In this document: positions 29,474 through 39,552 of the stretch, piece after piece | Numbering within the stretch: the first letter of the stretch is position 1 | Layout: each line of letters opens with the position of its first letter | NCBI GenBank assembly: GCA_964408235.1 | Contig: CAYOYN010000001.1 | Coordinates: 77,450 to 141,449, forward strand | Direction of reading: 5' to 3' | Origin: Candidatus Woesearchaeota archaeon | GTDB lineage: Archaea; Nanobdellota; Nanobdellia; Pacearchaeales; GW2011-AR1 | DNA length: 64,000 bases | The notes under the pieces: model-generated | Database searches by the model: none | The model's input: the letters and a program-made list of their open reading frames with translations, nothing else | Told to the model about the DNA's origin: nothing | Translations under genes and position numbers: made by a program

Positions 29474-32209
29474 CTATTCAACACTCATTTCCTGTTGGCC
29501 GTGTTGGTCAAGCATCTTTTTAACAGCAGGATTACTATCCACTTCAGAGAAAACTAGTGCATTAAACAAAACATCTTGTTGGATTTCAAAAGGTATTTCC
29601 GAAACTTCCATATTTTCTGACAAATCTATCATATTCTCTTCAACACTCTTAGGTACAAAGTCTTCACTAGAGACAGAAATTGCATCATTTAAAGCAGGAA
29701 TATCATGCTTATGTCCTTTAGTTCCAGGATTATATTCATCATTTCCCCATGTATCTATTTGCTTCATAACTTCATTATGGGATATAGTAGGAGGAAGTTT
29801 TTCAGAAGCTTGTAGCATAGGCCTTATTGTTTGTAATCCAAGCCCAATATTAACATGAGGCTCTGTACCAATTCTCTTTATCTTAATCGTTCTTTCTTCT
29901 CTAAATGGAATTTCTTCCTTAGGTTTTTGAACTTTATTTTCAATTTCATTTATTAATAATGAAACTGCATGGGCAGCATCTGCATTAACGGAAATTGAAT
30001 CTATTCCTTCTGAAAGCAAAAATTTAACCATGTCTGGCTTACTTCCAGCCTGTCCACAAATAGATGTCTCCACTCCATACTTCCTACATCTTCTTATAAC
30101 ATAAGATATTGAATTCAAAACTGCAGGATTTAATTCATTGTACAAATTCTGAACGTCTTCATTATTCCTATCAAGGGCAAGTGTATACTGGGTTAAATCA
30201 TTTGTTCCGAAACTAACAAAATCAATTCCTTCTTCACATAAATCATTTATTATCTGAACAGCAGCAGGAGTCTCAACCATTATACCAAATTTAACGTTAC
30301 TTGGAAATTTTACCTTTGAAGCTATTTTCTTAGCAGATCTGACTTCCTGAACAGAAATAATCTGAGGATACATTACCCCAAATATCTTTTTAGGATATTC
30401 GTCCGCAATTTCCTTTATTGCCATAAACTCAGCTTCAAGTAAATCTTCATTCTTCAAACTAAATCTTATACCATGATCTCCAAGCATAGGGTTCATTTCA
30501 ATAGTTTCAGGTGCACCTTCCAAATTCCTATATTCATCACTTCTAACGTCGCTAGTTCTAACCCACATTTCGTCAAAATACTTAGCTATTTTCTTGAGCC
30601 CTCCATTAATAACTGAAACATATTCATTCAGTTTATTTTTTTTAACAAACCATACAGGGTGTTTTCCACTCATAGCAATTAAAGTTTCAAGCCTTATTAG
30701 CCCAACACCTTTAACTCCGGATAAAGCTGCGCGTTCAGCATAATCTGGTAAATCAACAATAGTTTTAATCTTAGTATGTTTAGTAGGGACAATAGGTTTT
30801 ATTTCAACTTTCTTCTCGACAGTTTTCCCATCAAATATTCTTCCAGTGAATCCGTCTACAGTAACTAATTGCCCATCCTTAAGTCTTTCAGTAGAATTTC
30901 TAGTTCCTACGACTGCAGGTATACCCATTTCACGAGAAACTATTGCTGCATGGGAAGTTGCGCCGCCTTCATCAGTTACAATTGCAGAAGCTTTTGCCAT
31001 AGCTACAACCATATCAGGATTAGTCATTTTTGTTACAAGAATGCTTCCCTTAGTAACCTTGGAAAGTTCATCAAGTGAATGAATGATCTTAACAACTCCA
31101 GAAGCAACTCCAGGAGAAGCAGCCAAACCAGATAACAAAACATTTCCTTCTATCTCTTGAGTATTTTCTCTAACTACAGTTGTAATGGGTCTAGATTGGA
31201 CTATAAACACCCCATCTCTATCTATTGCAAATTCTATATCTTGGGGTTTTCCATAATGTTCTTCAAGTTTAAGACCGTATTGCCCTAATATCTTCAATTC
31301 ATGCCCGTTCAAAACCTCTCTCTGACTTATTTCAGGACTTAACTTAACTTCTTCAGTCTTACCGCTAGAACTTCTAGTAAGTGCAATTTTTTTATCTGAT
31401 ACTTTTTGTTCTATCAATTCTAATTTTGTATTCAAAACATAATGGTCTGGAGAGATCATCCCAGAAACTATCCCCTCTCCAAGTCCGAAAACCGCTTCAA
31501 TTACTATATTCCCATCATTCTTTAAAGGATTTTTAGAAAACATAACTCCAGATTTTTGAGAGTCAATCATTCTCTGAACGACGACTGCTAAATACCCTTT
31601 TTCTGTAGCAAAACCCTTTTTCTTCCTATAATAAATAGCTCTTGCTGTAAATAAAGAAGCAAAACATTTCTTGACAGACTCAACCAAACTATCAACACCC
31701 TTAACATTCAAGAAAGTTTCCTGCTGTCCTGCAAAAGAAGCATCTGCCAAGTCTTCCATAGTAGCGCTACTTCTAACAGCAACAAATGGAGGTTCATGAG
31801 AATTTCTTAGTATTGCAAGAGCGCTCTCTGTAACTCCTCTCTGCTTTATTTTATCCCTTTCAACATCTAATACCTCATAAGCTTCTGCAATATCATTTCT
31901 CATTTCAGAAGGAACTGAAGCGTCCACTATTATTTCTCTAATTTTCCTAGCTGTAGATTCTAACTGCTTAGTATCATCCACATCTATAGAATTAACAAGA
32001 TTGATTATCTGGTTTCGTAAGCCCGACTTCTCTATAAAATAATCGTAAGCCTGAGCGGTCACAATAAAACCAGGAGGTACTGGAAACTTATTGTTATACA
32101 TTTCAGCCAAGGAAGCTCCTTTTCCACCAGCAATTGAAATATCTTTATTACTTAGCTCTGAAAACCACTTTACAAACGCTCTACCATCACCCATAAAGAA
32201 AACACACAC
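29474..32209 (-). CDS. ppsA: Phosphoenolpyruvate synthase (pyruvate, water dikinase) with ~120-aa C-terminal extension
   Basis: N-terminal ATP-grasp block (IAGGKGASLAEM). Phosphohistidine swivel domain (GGATSHAAIVSREMGIPAVVG). C-terminal PEP-utilising TIM barrel. True start probably the internal M at residue 6. Confidence 0.85.
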   Translation of the reverse strand: MCVFFMGDGRAFVKWFSELSNKDISIAGGKGASLAEMYNNKFPVPPGFIVTAQAYDYFIEKSGLRNQIINLVNSIDVDDTKQLESTARKIREIIVDASVPSEMRNDIAEAYEVLDVERDKIKQRGVTESALAILRNSHEPPFVAVRSSATMEDLADASFAGQQETFLNVKGVDSLVESVKKCFASLFTARAIYYRKKKGFATEKGYLAVVVQRMIDSQKSGVMFSKNPLKNDGNIVIEAVFGLGEGIVSGMISPDHYVLNTKLELIEQKVSDKKIALTRSSSGKTEEVKLSPEISQREVLNGHELKILGQYGLKLEEHYGKPQDIEFAIDRDGVFIVQSRPITTVVRENTQEIEGNVLLSGLAASPGVASGVVKIIHSLDELSKVTKGSILVTKMTNPDMVVAMAKASAIVTDEGGATSHAAIVSREMGIPAVVGTRNSTERLKDGQLVTVDGFTGRIFDGKTVEKKVEIKPIVPTKHTKIKTIVDLPDYAERAALSGVKGVGLIRLETLIAMSGKHPVWFVKKNKLNEYVSVINGGLKKIAKYFDEMWVRTSDVRSDEYRNLEGAPETIEMNPMLGDHGIRFSLKNEDLLEAEFMAIKEIADEYPKKIFGVMYPQIISVQEVRSAKKIASKVKFPSNVKFGIMVETPAAVQIINDLCEEGIDFVSFGTNDLTQYTLALDRNNEDVQNLYNELNPAVLNSISYVIRRCRKYGVETSICGQAGSKPDMVKFLLSEGIDSISVNADAAHAVSLLINEIENKVQKPKEEIPFREERTIKIKRIGTEPHVNIGLGLQTIRPMLQASEKLPPTISHNEVMKQIDTWGNDEYNPGTKGHKHDIPALNDAISVSSEDFVPKSVEENMIDLSENMEVSEIPFEIQQDVLFNALVFSEVDSNPAVKKMLDQHGQQEMSVE

Positions 32210-32237
32210 ATTCTATTAATAAACATTATGCAAGAAA

Positions 32238-33311
32238 TCACTTATTCAGCTTATTCTTAACAAATTCAATAATATTTTGCTTAAAAGCCTCTAAATCCTT
32301 CTTCAAAAATGACCCTCCGGATGCATTAGCATGACCGCCACCAAGGGCGCTACTAAAATCCTTAATTGCATATCTTAGCATTTCATTCATAGGATAAATA
32401 AGATTTTCTGCATTGTTTCTTGTAGAAACTTTCAAAAGATCTGTCCCTTCTATTTCAGAAAATATTATTATTGTAGAACCTTTATTCCTTACAGAAATAG
32501 TAGTCCCGATGGCAGACCCTATAGAAAATTTAGACTTGAAAAAGTAAAATATCAATTGCCCATTAAAGTGTCTTTCAGCATTTTTCTCAAAATCTAATAT
32601 GCATTTGTCAAATTCTTCACTAACCTCTTTATGTATCTGATCTATCTTTTTTTCATTTCTTTCAAGAATTAATTCATAAGCTTTGAAAGAGTCTTTTGAA
32701 TAATAAGTTACTATTGAGTTAAGTCTTAGCGTTTTTTTGAATATTTCTGAATTTTGGTAATCTTTAGGATTAAATTCGTAATTTTTCTGAATAAACTTCA
32801 AATTGTCATCGTTCTTGTAAGAAAATTCTGAAACTGCAGCGACGCAAGCAAGTTCGGTCCATCTACTATCTTTTAATAAATCATTCCCAAGATGGTAAAG
32901 AACAAGGGAAGTACAATCATCTGAAATAGTCTTAATTATATTATCATTTAGTTTCAATTCCTTATTAAGGGGGTGGTGATCTATAAACATAACTTCAAAT
33001 TTATCAAAAAATCTTTCTGTTTCTTCGAATTGATTCATATCTATATTAGCATCTAAAATAAATATTTTTTTTATTCCCTCCCTATTGAATATTCCAGTAT
33101 ATTCATCAAGAACACCTATTTTGTAAGGGATAAAACCAACATGGGGCTTGACCATTTTAGGAAATTTTTTCTTTAATATTTCCATTAAAAAGACTGTTGA
33201 AATCATTCCATCGGGACAATTAGCATGTGCAAGTATACCAATCTTTTCATTCTCATTAATTTTGTCTAAAAAAGCATCAAAATTCTTTTTATGTTTTTCA
33301 AAATCTTGCAT
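32238..33311 (-). CDS. DHH/DHHA1 phosphoesterase (NrnA/RecJ-like)
   Basis: DHH motif region (ILAHANCPDGMIS). DHHA1 GGGH motif (ALGGGHANASGG). Confidence 0.7.
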   Translation of the reverse strand: MQDFEKHKKNFDAFLDKINENEKIGILAHANCPDGMISTVFLMEILKKKFPKMVKPHVGFIPYKIGVLDEYTGIFNREGIKKIFILDANIDMNQFEETERFFDKFEVMFIDHHPLNKELKLNDNIIKTISDDCTSLVLYHLGNDLLKDSRWTELACVAAVSEFSYKNDDNLKFIQKNYEFNPKDYQNSEIFKKTLRLNSIVTYYSKDSFKAYELILERNEKKIDQIHKEVSEEFDKCILDFEKNAERHFNGQLIFYFFKSKFSIGSAIGTTISVRNKGSTIIIFSEIEGTDLLKVSTRNNAENLIYPMNEMLRYAIKDFSSALGGGHANASGGSFLKKDLEAFKQNIIEFVKNKLNK

Positions 33312-33345
33312 ATAAAGTTCAAAAAATCAGCGTATAAAATACTTT

Positions 33346-34458
33346 CTAAAATGGTACTCCAGCCAGCCTATTTTCATTTTCAGCATTTGCAATTCTTACC
33401 CTATCAAAATACTCATCTTCAGTTTCCCATCTACATAATCTCTCTAAAAGGTCCAATTTTTCCTGATCAACACCATGTCTTTCACCATAAAAATGAATCA
33501 ATTGTCTTCTCCTTGTTTCATCAACTCCTCCATTGTAGAAATGATCAAAGCCTCTTACTCCTAATCTTACTTCGCCTCTTTCAATCCATTCTTTTACTTC
33601 GTCCCTTTCTTTTTTTATTTTGTCGAGTCTAGGCCTCACCCTCTTAACAGTACCCTTCAATTCATCAACTATTTTTTGATCTCTTTGACTATGCAAAATA
33701 AACAATTTTGAACCACCTACTCCCTCCAAACATGTTCTGGCATAATCATCATAATCTGTATATTCTCTCGCAGCTCTAAAAAATCTAGCCAATGTTTCTT
33801 TTTGGTCTTCATTTTTAACTCCATTAAATTCACCTTCAAATATTGCTCTTGAAGAAGAAAAAGGTAACGAAACCCAAGCATCATTATCTCTCTCATCATA
33901 TAATGATGAACCTGATCTAACTGACCTTTTAACAAAATTTTTTAATTTTCTGGAAGTATCTCTCATCTTTTCACCATTCTTCCTAGATAAGACTGCAGCA
34001 TAATAATGGAATATTAGTTCAGAGGGCAATAAATGTAAATCTCCCCATTGAACTCTAACCATTGCATAATCTCCTACTAACTCATCGCAAGAAAGACCAT
34101 CAACTCTTTGAGCCAGACCATAAAAAACTCTCTCCCCTTCATCAACAAAAAGTCTAGTGGTTCCATTTTTAGCAAAGGGATTTCTTTTATTTTTTCCAAA
34201 AAATTCTCTCCAATCTCCCATATTATTAATTCCGTAAACTAGTTGAGATCTAAGTAATATTCCTCTTTTTCCACCCTTAAGCTCGACAGAAAATTGCTGA
34301 TTATAATCATGCAAATTTGGATCCACAATAAGGTCAGGCCTAATATTCCCATTAGGGTTTATACCCATTTGAAAAAGTTTAGAGGCATAATACTCAGAAG
34401 CATCTCCAAACGCGGTAGTTTTATGATGGTTACCTATTTTTGCCATAAAGAAAGACAA
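33346..34458 (-). CDS. Hypothetical protein (possible PD-(D/E)xK fold)
   Basis: 370 aa. PDLIVDPN...FSVELKGG pattern. Weak. Confidence 0.5.
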   Translation of the reverse strand: MSFFMAKIGNHHKTTAFGDASEYYASKLFQMGINPNGNIRPDLIVDPNLHDYNQQFSVELKGGKRGILLRSQLVYGINNMGDWREFFGKNKRNPFAKNGTTRLFVDEGERVFYGLAQRVDGLSCDELVGDYAMVRVQWGDLHLLPSELIFHYYAAVLSRKNGEKMRDTSRKLKNFVKRSVRSGSSLYDERDNDAWVSLPFSSSRAIFEGEFNGVKNEDQKETLARFFRAAREYTDYDDYARTCLEGVGGSKLFILHSQRDQKIVDELKGTVKRVRPRLDKIKKERDEVKEWIERGEVRLGVRGFDHFYNGGVDETRRRQLIHFYGERHGVDQEKLDLLERLCRWETEDEYFDRVRIANAENENRLAGVPF

Positions 34459-34485
34459 AAATTAGCCTATATAATAATTTAGAAA

Positions 34486-35055
34486 CTAATTAACTACAGG
34501 ACTAGGAGAATGTTTAACATCTTCTATTTTATCGAACAAAACGCGTGTCTTACAAGGCAATTTTGCTTTAGCCATAGAGATTATTTCACGAGCAACTTTA
34601 ACTGTAGACTCAGAATCACAAGCAACCATAAACATTTCTTGTCCTCCAAGCACTCTAGCAGCGCGTCCTTCAATAATTCCAAATGATTGCTTCATACCAG
34701 TACTAAGACGGTCAGCTCCAGCTCCAGCAGCTGCTTTGTTGTTTCTCAATATGTGATGAGGATGTATTTTTACCCAAAGATAAAACTTACCTGCAAGTTT
34801 TGTTTCAAGATTCTTTGTTAAAATCATTCTTGCAGCTTCAATAGCCAAGTCTTTGATCACTATTTGTTCATCAGAAATTAAACTCAAAACAAAAGGCAAT
34901 TTACCATCAACATAAGCTCTTTGATTTCCAATATTATATTTTACTACTTTGTTTGGGGGTACGACCTTAATGTAAGACTTTGATTTAGCTTTAGAAACAC
35001 GTGTATATGGTCTACTGTGTTTCTTAGAATAGGATAATGATTTTCTTACTGCCAT
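34486..35055 (-). CDS. rpl10e: 50S ribosomal protein L10e (uL16)
   Basis: MAVRKSLSYSKKHSRPYTRVSK... N-terminus and ~185-aa size typical of archaeal L10e. Confidence 0.8.
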   Translation of the reverse strand: MAVRKSLSYSKKHSRPYTRVSKAKSKSYIKVVPPNKVVKYNIGNQRAYVDGKLPFVLSLISDEQIVIKDLAIEAARMILTKNLETKLAGKFYLWVKIHPHHILRNNKAAAGAGADRLSTGMKQSFGIIEGRAARVLGGQEMFMVACDSESTVKVAREIISMAKAKLPCKTRVLFDKIEDVKHSPSPVVN

Positions 35056-35056
35056 A

Positions 35057-35311
35057 TTACTTAACCTCTACGTCTGTAGTTACAGCTTGTCCAGGTAAAC
35101 CTGTCTCAAAAATAGCACGAACTAAACCCTTATTTCCATGAGCATCGCTTATTTTACCATGAATTGCTTTTCCAGCTGTACTTTTCCAAGTAACTTCCTT
35201 ACCAACTAGTTTTTTGGCATCATCACGGCTAGCACAACCTAAGTCTAACAAGTAATGCCTTTCATGAATTCTATGCCTGCTTCTTCTAAATTGTACAATG
35301 ATACCTTTCAT
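35057..35311 (-). CDS. rpl35ae: 50S ribosomal protein L35Ae (eL33)
   Basis: 84 aa. GKISDAHGNKGLVRAIFETGLPGQA resembles the L35Ae core. Adjacent to L10e. Confidence 0.7.
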   Translation of the reverse strand: MKGIIVQFRRSRHRIHERHYLLDLGCASRDDAKKLVGKEVTWKSTAGKAIHGKISDAHGNKGLVRAIFETGLPGQAVTTDVEVK

Positions 35312-35377
35312 GTTTTGAGAGTAGAAAATACGCTTTTTAAAGACTTCTATTGATCTAAATAATTGAAAACAATTGAA

Positions 35378-35680
35378 TTAAGCCTCTTCATCTCTTAGCC
35401 CCAATAAACCTTCTCCATAAAGTCTACCAGCCTGGTAAAATGTAAAAGGTAAAATGCCGCCGTTATCTTTAGAAAATGAATAAATAGCTCCAATAGTGAC
35501 ACCTGCCCCCAATAAAGTAGAAAATGGTTCTGTCAAAAACCTAGGATTAGATTGTAATAAGCTAAGGGGCAAATAAGAAATTGATTTTCCAGCAAAAAAT
35601 GGAACGGCTATTGAAGCGCTAGCTGCAATAGTTCCTAAAACTTTACAAAGCCCCTTGCCAACTAAATCTGTAGCTCTCAT
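35378..35680 (-). CDS. Small membrane protein
   Basis: 100 aa, 3 hydrophobic segments. Confidence 0.4.
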   Translation of the reverse strand: MRATDLVGKGLCKVLGTIAASASIAVPFFAGKSISYLPLSLLQSNPRFLTEPFSTLLGAGVTIGAIYSFSKDNGGILPFTFYQAGRLYGEGLLGLRDEEA

Positions 35681-35722
35681 TAAAAATAATAAAAATAAAG
35701 ATGTTTTAAACTTATGTTAAGA

Positions 35723-37543
35723 TTACAGCAAAATCTCAAAATCTCCAAGTTCTTTCTGTAAAGCCCCAAGTACAGAGGAAGGAATCTTAACCTCTGTATT
35801 CTTTTTATGACTAGAAAGAGCTTTTTCAAGAGCAATGCTATCGCTTAACTTAAAACTATTTCCAACTATTAACATAACTCTTCCAGATTCGATAAAGAAG
35901 TTAGAAGAATCTGTCAAAACAAGCTCTCCTTTTTTATCTCCGAATTTTACATCTATAACTTCCTTCTCTTCTAATAACAAATCTGCCCTTTGAGTATAAT
36001 CAAGTAATTCTTTAATCAACTCAGTAGCATCCCTGCGCAATGCACTCATTTCAAGAGGGGTTACCTTTCCAGATTTAACTTTATTTTTCATTACCAAAAT
36101 TTCTTTCAAAGATTTAGAAAATCTAGGCTGTAATTTTCCTTTAGAAATCAATTCACTATTAACATCTTTTACTAAAGATTCAATACTTTTATCCCCGAAT
36201 ATTTTTCTAAGTAAAGAAAAAACTTCTTCATAAGATCTATCCGCATCACGAACAATTAACTTAGCTTCAAGCTTCTTCCTTATCTCCTGTAATTTTTTAT
36301 CATAATTTTTGGATTCAACAAGTAACTCATCAACAGTTTTTCCAGGAATAGTTTTCAAAGTCCCATGTTCATAATCTTTGTAATATTTGATAACTTTCTC
36401 TAAAAACTTTAATTCTGGGGCAGACATTACCTTCTCTGTATCGACTAAAACTTTTTTTACATCAGCAACCATATGTTTAGGTGCAGGTGGCGCATGCCCT
36501 GCAAGCATAACCAAAGCTTGAGTTGGAGTAACAACCCCCCAATAAATATCAACCATAGCATCAATCAGTCTTCTTGAAACAAGAGATTCATTTTGTTCCC
36601 CATATTTCATGAATTTATCAACTGCTTCAGGAGATGGTTTAACTTTGCCCATTTGTAAAAGCAATTTCCAAGGTAAGAAAGTTCCACGGTCGTACATTGG
36701 AACTCCATCTCTAATAAATGTAAATATCACAGGATTAGCATCCTTAACATTGTCCCAGAAATCAGTCATTAAGTAAACTTGGACATTCAAAACATTCTTA
36801 GTTCCAGATAAGGCTGTAGCCTCACGAATATAATCATGAATCATCCCACGCAATTTTTCTAATAATTGCAACCTAGGCATTCTCTTTACATCAGTATCAT
36901 CAATAATTACGAAAGTATCTACATCTGAATCTTTTCCTGCAGTTCCCCTAACTAAACTTCCTCCAACAACATATGATGCAACATATTTCTCAAACTTGCG
37001 TAAAACTAATGTCTTATGGATATTAGCAAGCCTCATTGAACCAAGCAACCCCTTATCATGAAGAGGGAAAGAAGAAGAAATTGCATCTATAAAATCAAAC
37101 TTGGAATCTAAACCATAGTTCCACAAGTCCACTTCAGTCTTAATATGGACCCACAGTTCTTGCTTACTTTCCTTAATCAATTTCAAAACTTCCGGCTTAA
37201 TTTTCTTAGGAATTTCCTTAAACTGATCCTCTGGAATTAACATAAACAAATGCAATGGTTTCTTAGCAATTTCTTCTGGTAAGAGACCCTCATCTTCCTC
37301 AAAAATTTTGAATGCTTGCGTAGGTAAAACGCTCAAAAAAGTAGTAAATGGAAATTTTTTGACTAATTTTTTCTTAAAATCTTCTAATTGCTCTTTGAGT
37401 TTATCATTTTTCTTTTCATCTTCAGCAGAAATTTGAGGCATAGCACCAGGAATTTTACTTGGAGGAACATAACTCCTAGAAGAAGACATAGCATCATTTA
37501 AGCCATGAGTTTTCTTTTCCTGCATATTACTAAAATGAAGCAA
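35723..37543 (-). CDS. Large nucleotidyltransferase-domain protein
   Basis: VVGGSLVRGTAGKDSDVDTFVIIDD = GS...DxD Pol-beta-type NTase signature inside a 606-aa protein. Confidence 0.6.
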   Translation of the reverse strand: MLHFSNMQEKKTHGLNDAMSSSRSYVPPSKIPGAMPQISAEDEKKNDKLKEQLEDFKKKLVKKFPFTTFLSVLPTQAFKIFEEDEGLLPEEIAKKPLHLFMLIPEDQFKEIPKKIKPEVLKLIKESKQELWVHIKTEVDLWNYGLDSKFDFIDAISSSFPLHDKGLLGSMRLANIHKTLVLRKFEKYVASYVVGGSLVRGTAGKDSDVDTFVIIDDTDVKRMPRLQLLEKLRGMIHDYIREATALSGTKNVLNVQVYLMTDFWDNVKDANPVIFTFIRDGVPMYDRGTFLPWKLLLQMGKVKPSPEAVDKFMKYGEQNESLVSRRLIDAMVDIYWGVVTPTQALVMLAGHAPPAPKHMVADVKKVLVDTEKVMSAPELKFLEKVIKYYKDYEHGTLKTIPGKTVDELLVESKNYDKKLQEIRKKLEAKLIVRDADRSYEEVFSLLRKIFGDKSIESLVKDVNSELISKGKLQPRFSKSLKEILVMKNKVKSGKVTPLEMSALRRDATELIKELLDYTQRADLLLEEKEVIDVKFGDKKGELVLTDSSNFFIESGRVMLIVGNSFKLSDSIALEKALSSHKKNTEVKIPSSVLGALQKELGDFEILL

Positions 37544-37621
37544 TGCTATTTAAGGCTTACCAAAAGAAACAACTTAAGAGTTATAAAGTCAGATAACAAT
37601 TAATTATATCAAAGAGGAAAT

Positions 37622-38164
37622 ATGCCACAAGCAGTAACCCACGTTTTAGTCCCGATAATTCTACTTTCCATATTTAGACATCTTTATCAAAAGAAAACCG
37701 GCAAAAAATTCCACCTTCAATATGTTTTAATTGGTGGTCTTGCGGGAATCATCCCAGATTTAGATATTCCTCTATTTTGGGTGATGCATTATTTTGGATA
37801 TGCCCTAGATGAAATTCACAGAACATTCACCCACACAATATTTGTCCCTCTAATCTTTCTCTTCCTTGCATTTATCTCTAAATTAACAATAAAGAAAAAA
37901 ATAGGGCGAAACAAACTATCCGTTGCAATAATATTACTTCTTCTTTCGTTCGGAAGTTTAATACATTTAATCTTAGATGCGACTCTTGCAGGATACATAA
38001 TGCCGCTCTACCCTCTATCCATGATAAAGGTAGGGACCGGTTTCCCATTCACAGTATTTCCAGACCACATAGCCATGCTTTTTTTAGCAACACTTGATGG
38101 AGTACTCTTTATTCTTTGGATATTATACTTAGAATTAAAACACAAAATATCAGATTTTATATAA
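37622..38164 (+). CDS. Membrane-bound metal-dependent hydrolase (YdjM/DUF457-like)
   Basis: Polytopic membrane protein. HRTFTHTIF histidine cluster typical of COG1988 proteins. Confidence 0.55.
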   Translation: MPQAVTHVLVPIILLSIFRHLYQKKTGKKFHLQYVLIGGLAGIIPDLDIPLFWVMHYFGYALDEIHRTFTHTIFVPLIFLFLAFISKLTIKKKIGRNKLSVAIILLLLSFGSLIHLILDATLAGYIMPLYPLSMIKVGTGFPFTVFPDHIAMLFLATLDGVLFILWILYLELKHKISDFI

Positions 38165-38165
38165 A

Positions 38166-38297
38166 ATGCAAATTCAAGAAAATGAAATAGATCCAAATTA
38201 TGTCTGCGAAGCTTGTGGTAAAACCCTAGAAGAACTAAAGTGTAAATTAATATGTAAAAGGTGCGGTTACTTTAGATCTTGCTCAGACTTATTCTAA
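38166..38297 (+). CDS. Unlisted 43-aa zinc-ribbon mini-protein
   Basis: Manual translation: MQIQENEIDPNYVCEACGKTLEELKCKLICKRCGYFRSCSDLF, CxxC...CxxC. Starts 2 nt after the upstream gene stop. Below the ORF-track length cutoff. Confidence 0.35.
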   Translation: MQIQENEIDPNYVCEACGKTLEELKCKLICKRCGYFRSCSDLF

Positions 38298-38534
38298 TTA
38301 TTTGCCCCAAGCCCAACGAGGCTTTTCGCCTTTTTTATAACAAATATACATTAATAAAGCAATAGATATCCCAAGCAAAACAAAATATTCAACAAACCTT
38401 CCAACTACTAAAAATTCTGTAGCAATATAAACAAGGAATAAAATAAACATCAAAGTAATAATCCATCCCTGCCACGTACATGGAGTCCATCCCCAACCGT
38501 AAAGCTTTCTCTTAAACCAAATCTCTTTTTTCAT
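38298..38534 (-). CDS. Small 2-TM membrane protein
   Basis: 78 aa with two Trp-rich TM helices. Confidence 0.4.
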   Translation of the reverse strand: MKKEIWFKRKLYGWGWTPCTWQGWIITLMFILFLVYIATEFLVVGRFVEYFVLLGISIALLMYICYKKGEKPRWAWGK

Positions 38535-38584
38535 TAAAATATAATATAGAGTAAATTTAAATAAGCTCTTATGTTCAAAATAAA

Positions 38585-39046
38585 ATGAGATGGTTGGTGT
38601 TTAGCATACTATTTATCGGCTTATTTTCTTTATCTGTAAGTGCTGAGGAAACTTGCATTACTTTTAATTCAACAAACACATTAGAACTTATATCAGATAT
38701 TCCTTCTATTAGTTCCGAACTTTCAAGTTGTAATATTGCTCTACCTGAACAAATTAGTTCCTTACTGAATAACAAAAATGTTTTAATTAGCATAAATATG
38801 AATTCGGGATCTGTTGAAAAATTCTATTTATCTATGGTTGACGGATACATTTCATCATTAAATCCTGGACAACCAGAAACTTACTCTTACAACATCATAT
38901 TGAGTGAAACAACATTGGATAATATATTATCTTCTGAAAATATGGTCGATTCATTAATCTTAGCTTATAACAATGATCAAATAGTTGTAGACCCTTCTGG
39001 TGTTTGGAACAATATGGTATGGTTTTTTGCTAGTTGGTTTATTTAG
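38585..39046 (+). CDS. Secreted hypothetical protein
   Basis: Signal peptide (LVFSILFIGLFSLSVSA). S/N-rich mature part. Confidence 0.5.
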   Translation: MRWLVFSILFIGLFSLSVSAEETCITFNSTNTLELISDIPSISSELSSCNIALPEQISSLLNNKNVLISINMNSGSVEKFYLSMVDGYISSLNPGQPETYSYNIILSETTLDNILSSENMVDSLILAYNNDQIVVDPSGVWNNMVWFFASWFI

Positions 39047-39081
39047 AATTAGTTTTTATAGTTCTTTTTCTTTAGTAATTC

Positions 39082-39438
39082 ATGAAAAATAATCTTAAGT
39101 GGTTGCCAAGAGTTTTAGCAATTGCATATATACTATTTATTAGCATATTTGCCTTTGATGTATTTTCCCCAGAATATAGTATTTTTGATATGATTATTGG
39201 TTTTTTGATTCACCTTATTCCTAGTTTCATATTAATAATTGTAACAATAATTGCATGGAAAAAAGAGTTTTTAGGAGGAATTCTGTTTATTTTGTTAAGT
39301 ATTTTGTTTACAATATTTTTCAACACCTACAAAGAAATAATCAGTTTTACCCTTATTTCATTGATCTTGTTTGTTATCGGCCTATTGTTTATTTTGTCTA
39401 GTAGGATTAGATTAAATCTCAAGAAGACTAAAAAATAA
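39082..39438 (+). CDS. Small polytopic membrane protein
   Basis: 118 aa, 3-4 TM helices. Confidence 0.5.
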   Translation: MKNNLKWLPRVLAIAYILFISIFAFDVFSPEYSIFDMIIGFLIHLIPSFILIIVTIIAWKKEFLGGILFILLSILFTIFFNTYKEIISFTLISLILFVIGLLFILSSRIRLNLKKTKK

Positions 39439-39439
39439 A

Positions 39440-39511
39440 TGGCCCCACGCAGACTCGAACTGCGAATTACTCGGTGTAAACGAGTCGTTTGAACCCTTAG
39501 ACTATGGGGCC
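39440..39511 (-). tRNA. tRNA-Val (anticodon UAC)
   Basis: Reverse complement folds as a cloverleaf. Acceptor GGCCCCA/TGGGGCC. Anticodon arm ACTCG-TTTACAC-CGAGT (U33, anticodon TAC, A37). T-arm CGCAG-TTCGAGT-CTGCG. Discriminator A. No CCA encoded. D-stem has one mismatch. Confidence 0.65.
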
Positions 39512-39540
39512 TTTCGATCCAATAAAAGATTAAAATAAAC

Positions 39541-39552
39541 CTTTATAAAACC
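39541..39552 (+). promoter_or_regulatory. Palindromic TATA box (TTTATAAA) between divergent tRNA genes, ~26 nt upstream of tRNA-Gly
   Basis: cctttataaaacc centred ~26 nt before position 39573. A second A/T box (gattaaaataaac, 39527-39539) lies ~22 nt from the tRNA-Val 5' end on the other strand. Confidence 0.4.

Noticed and set aside
29451-31082. Plus-strand ORFs 29451-29858, 30846-31082 and 30869-31078
   Set aside because: They lie inside and antisense to the ppsA coding sequence.
39440-39511. Alternative fold of tRNA-Val with perfect AGTC/GACT D-stem
   Set aside because: That pairing overlaps the 5-bp anticodon stem ACTCG/CGAGT and would leave a non-canonical anticodon loop. The fold with a one-mismatch D-stem and canonical TTTACAC loop is preferred.
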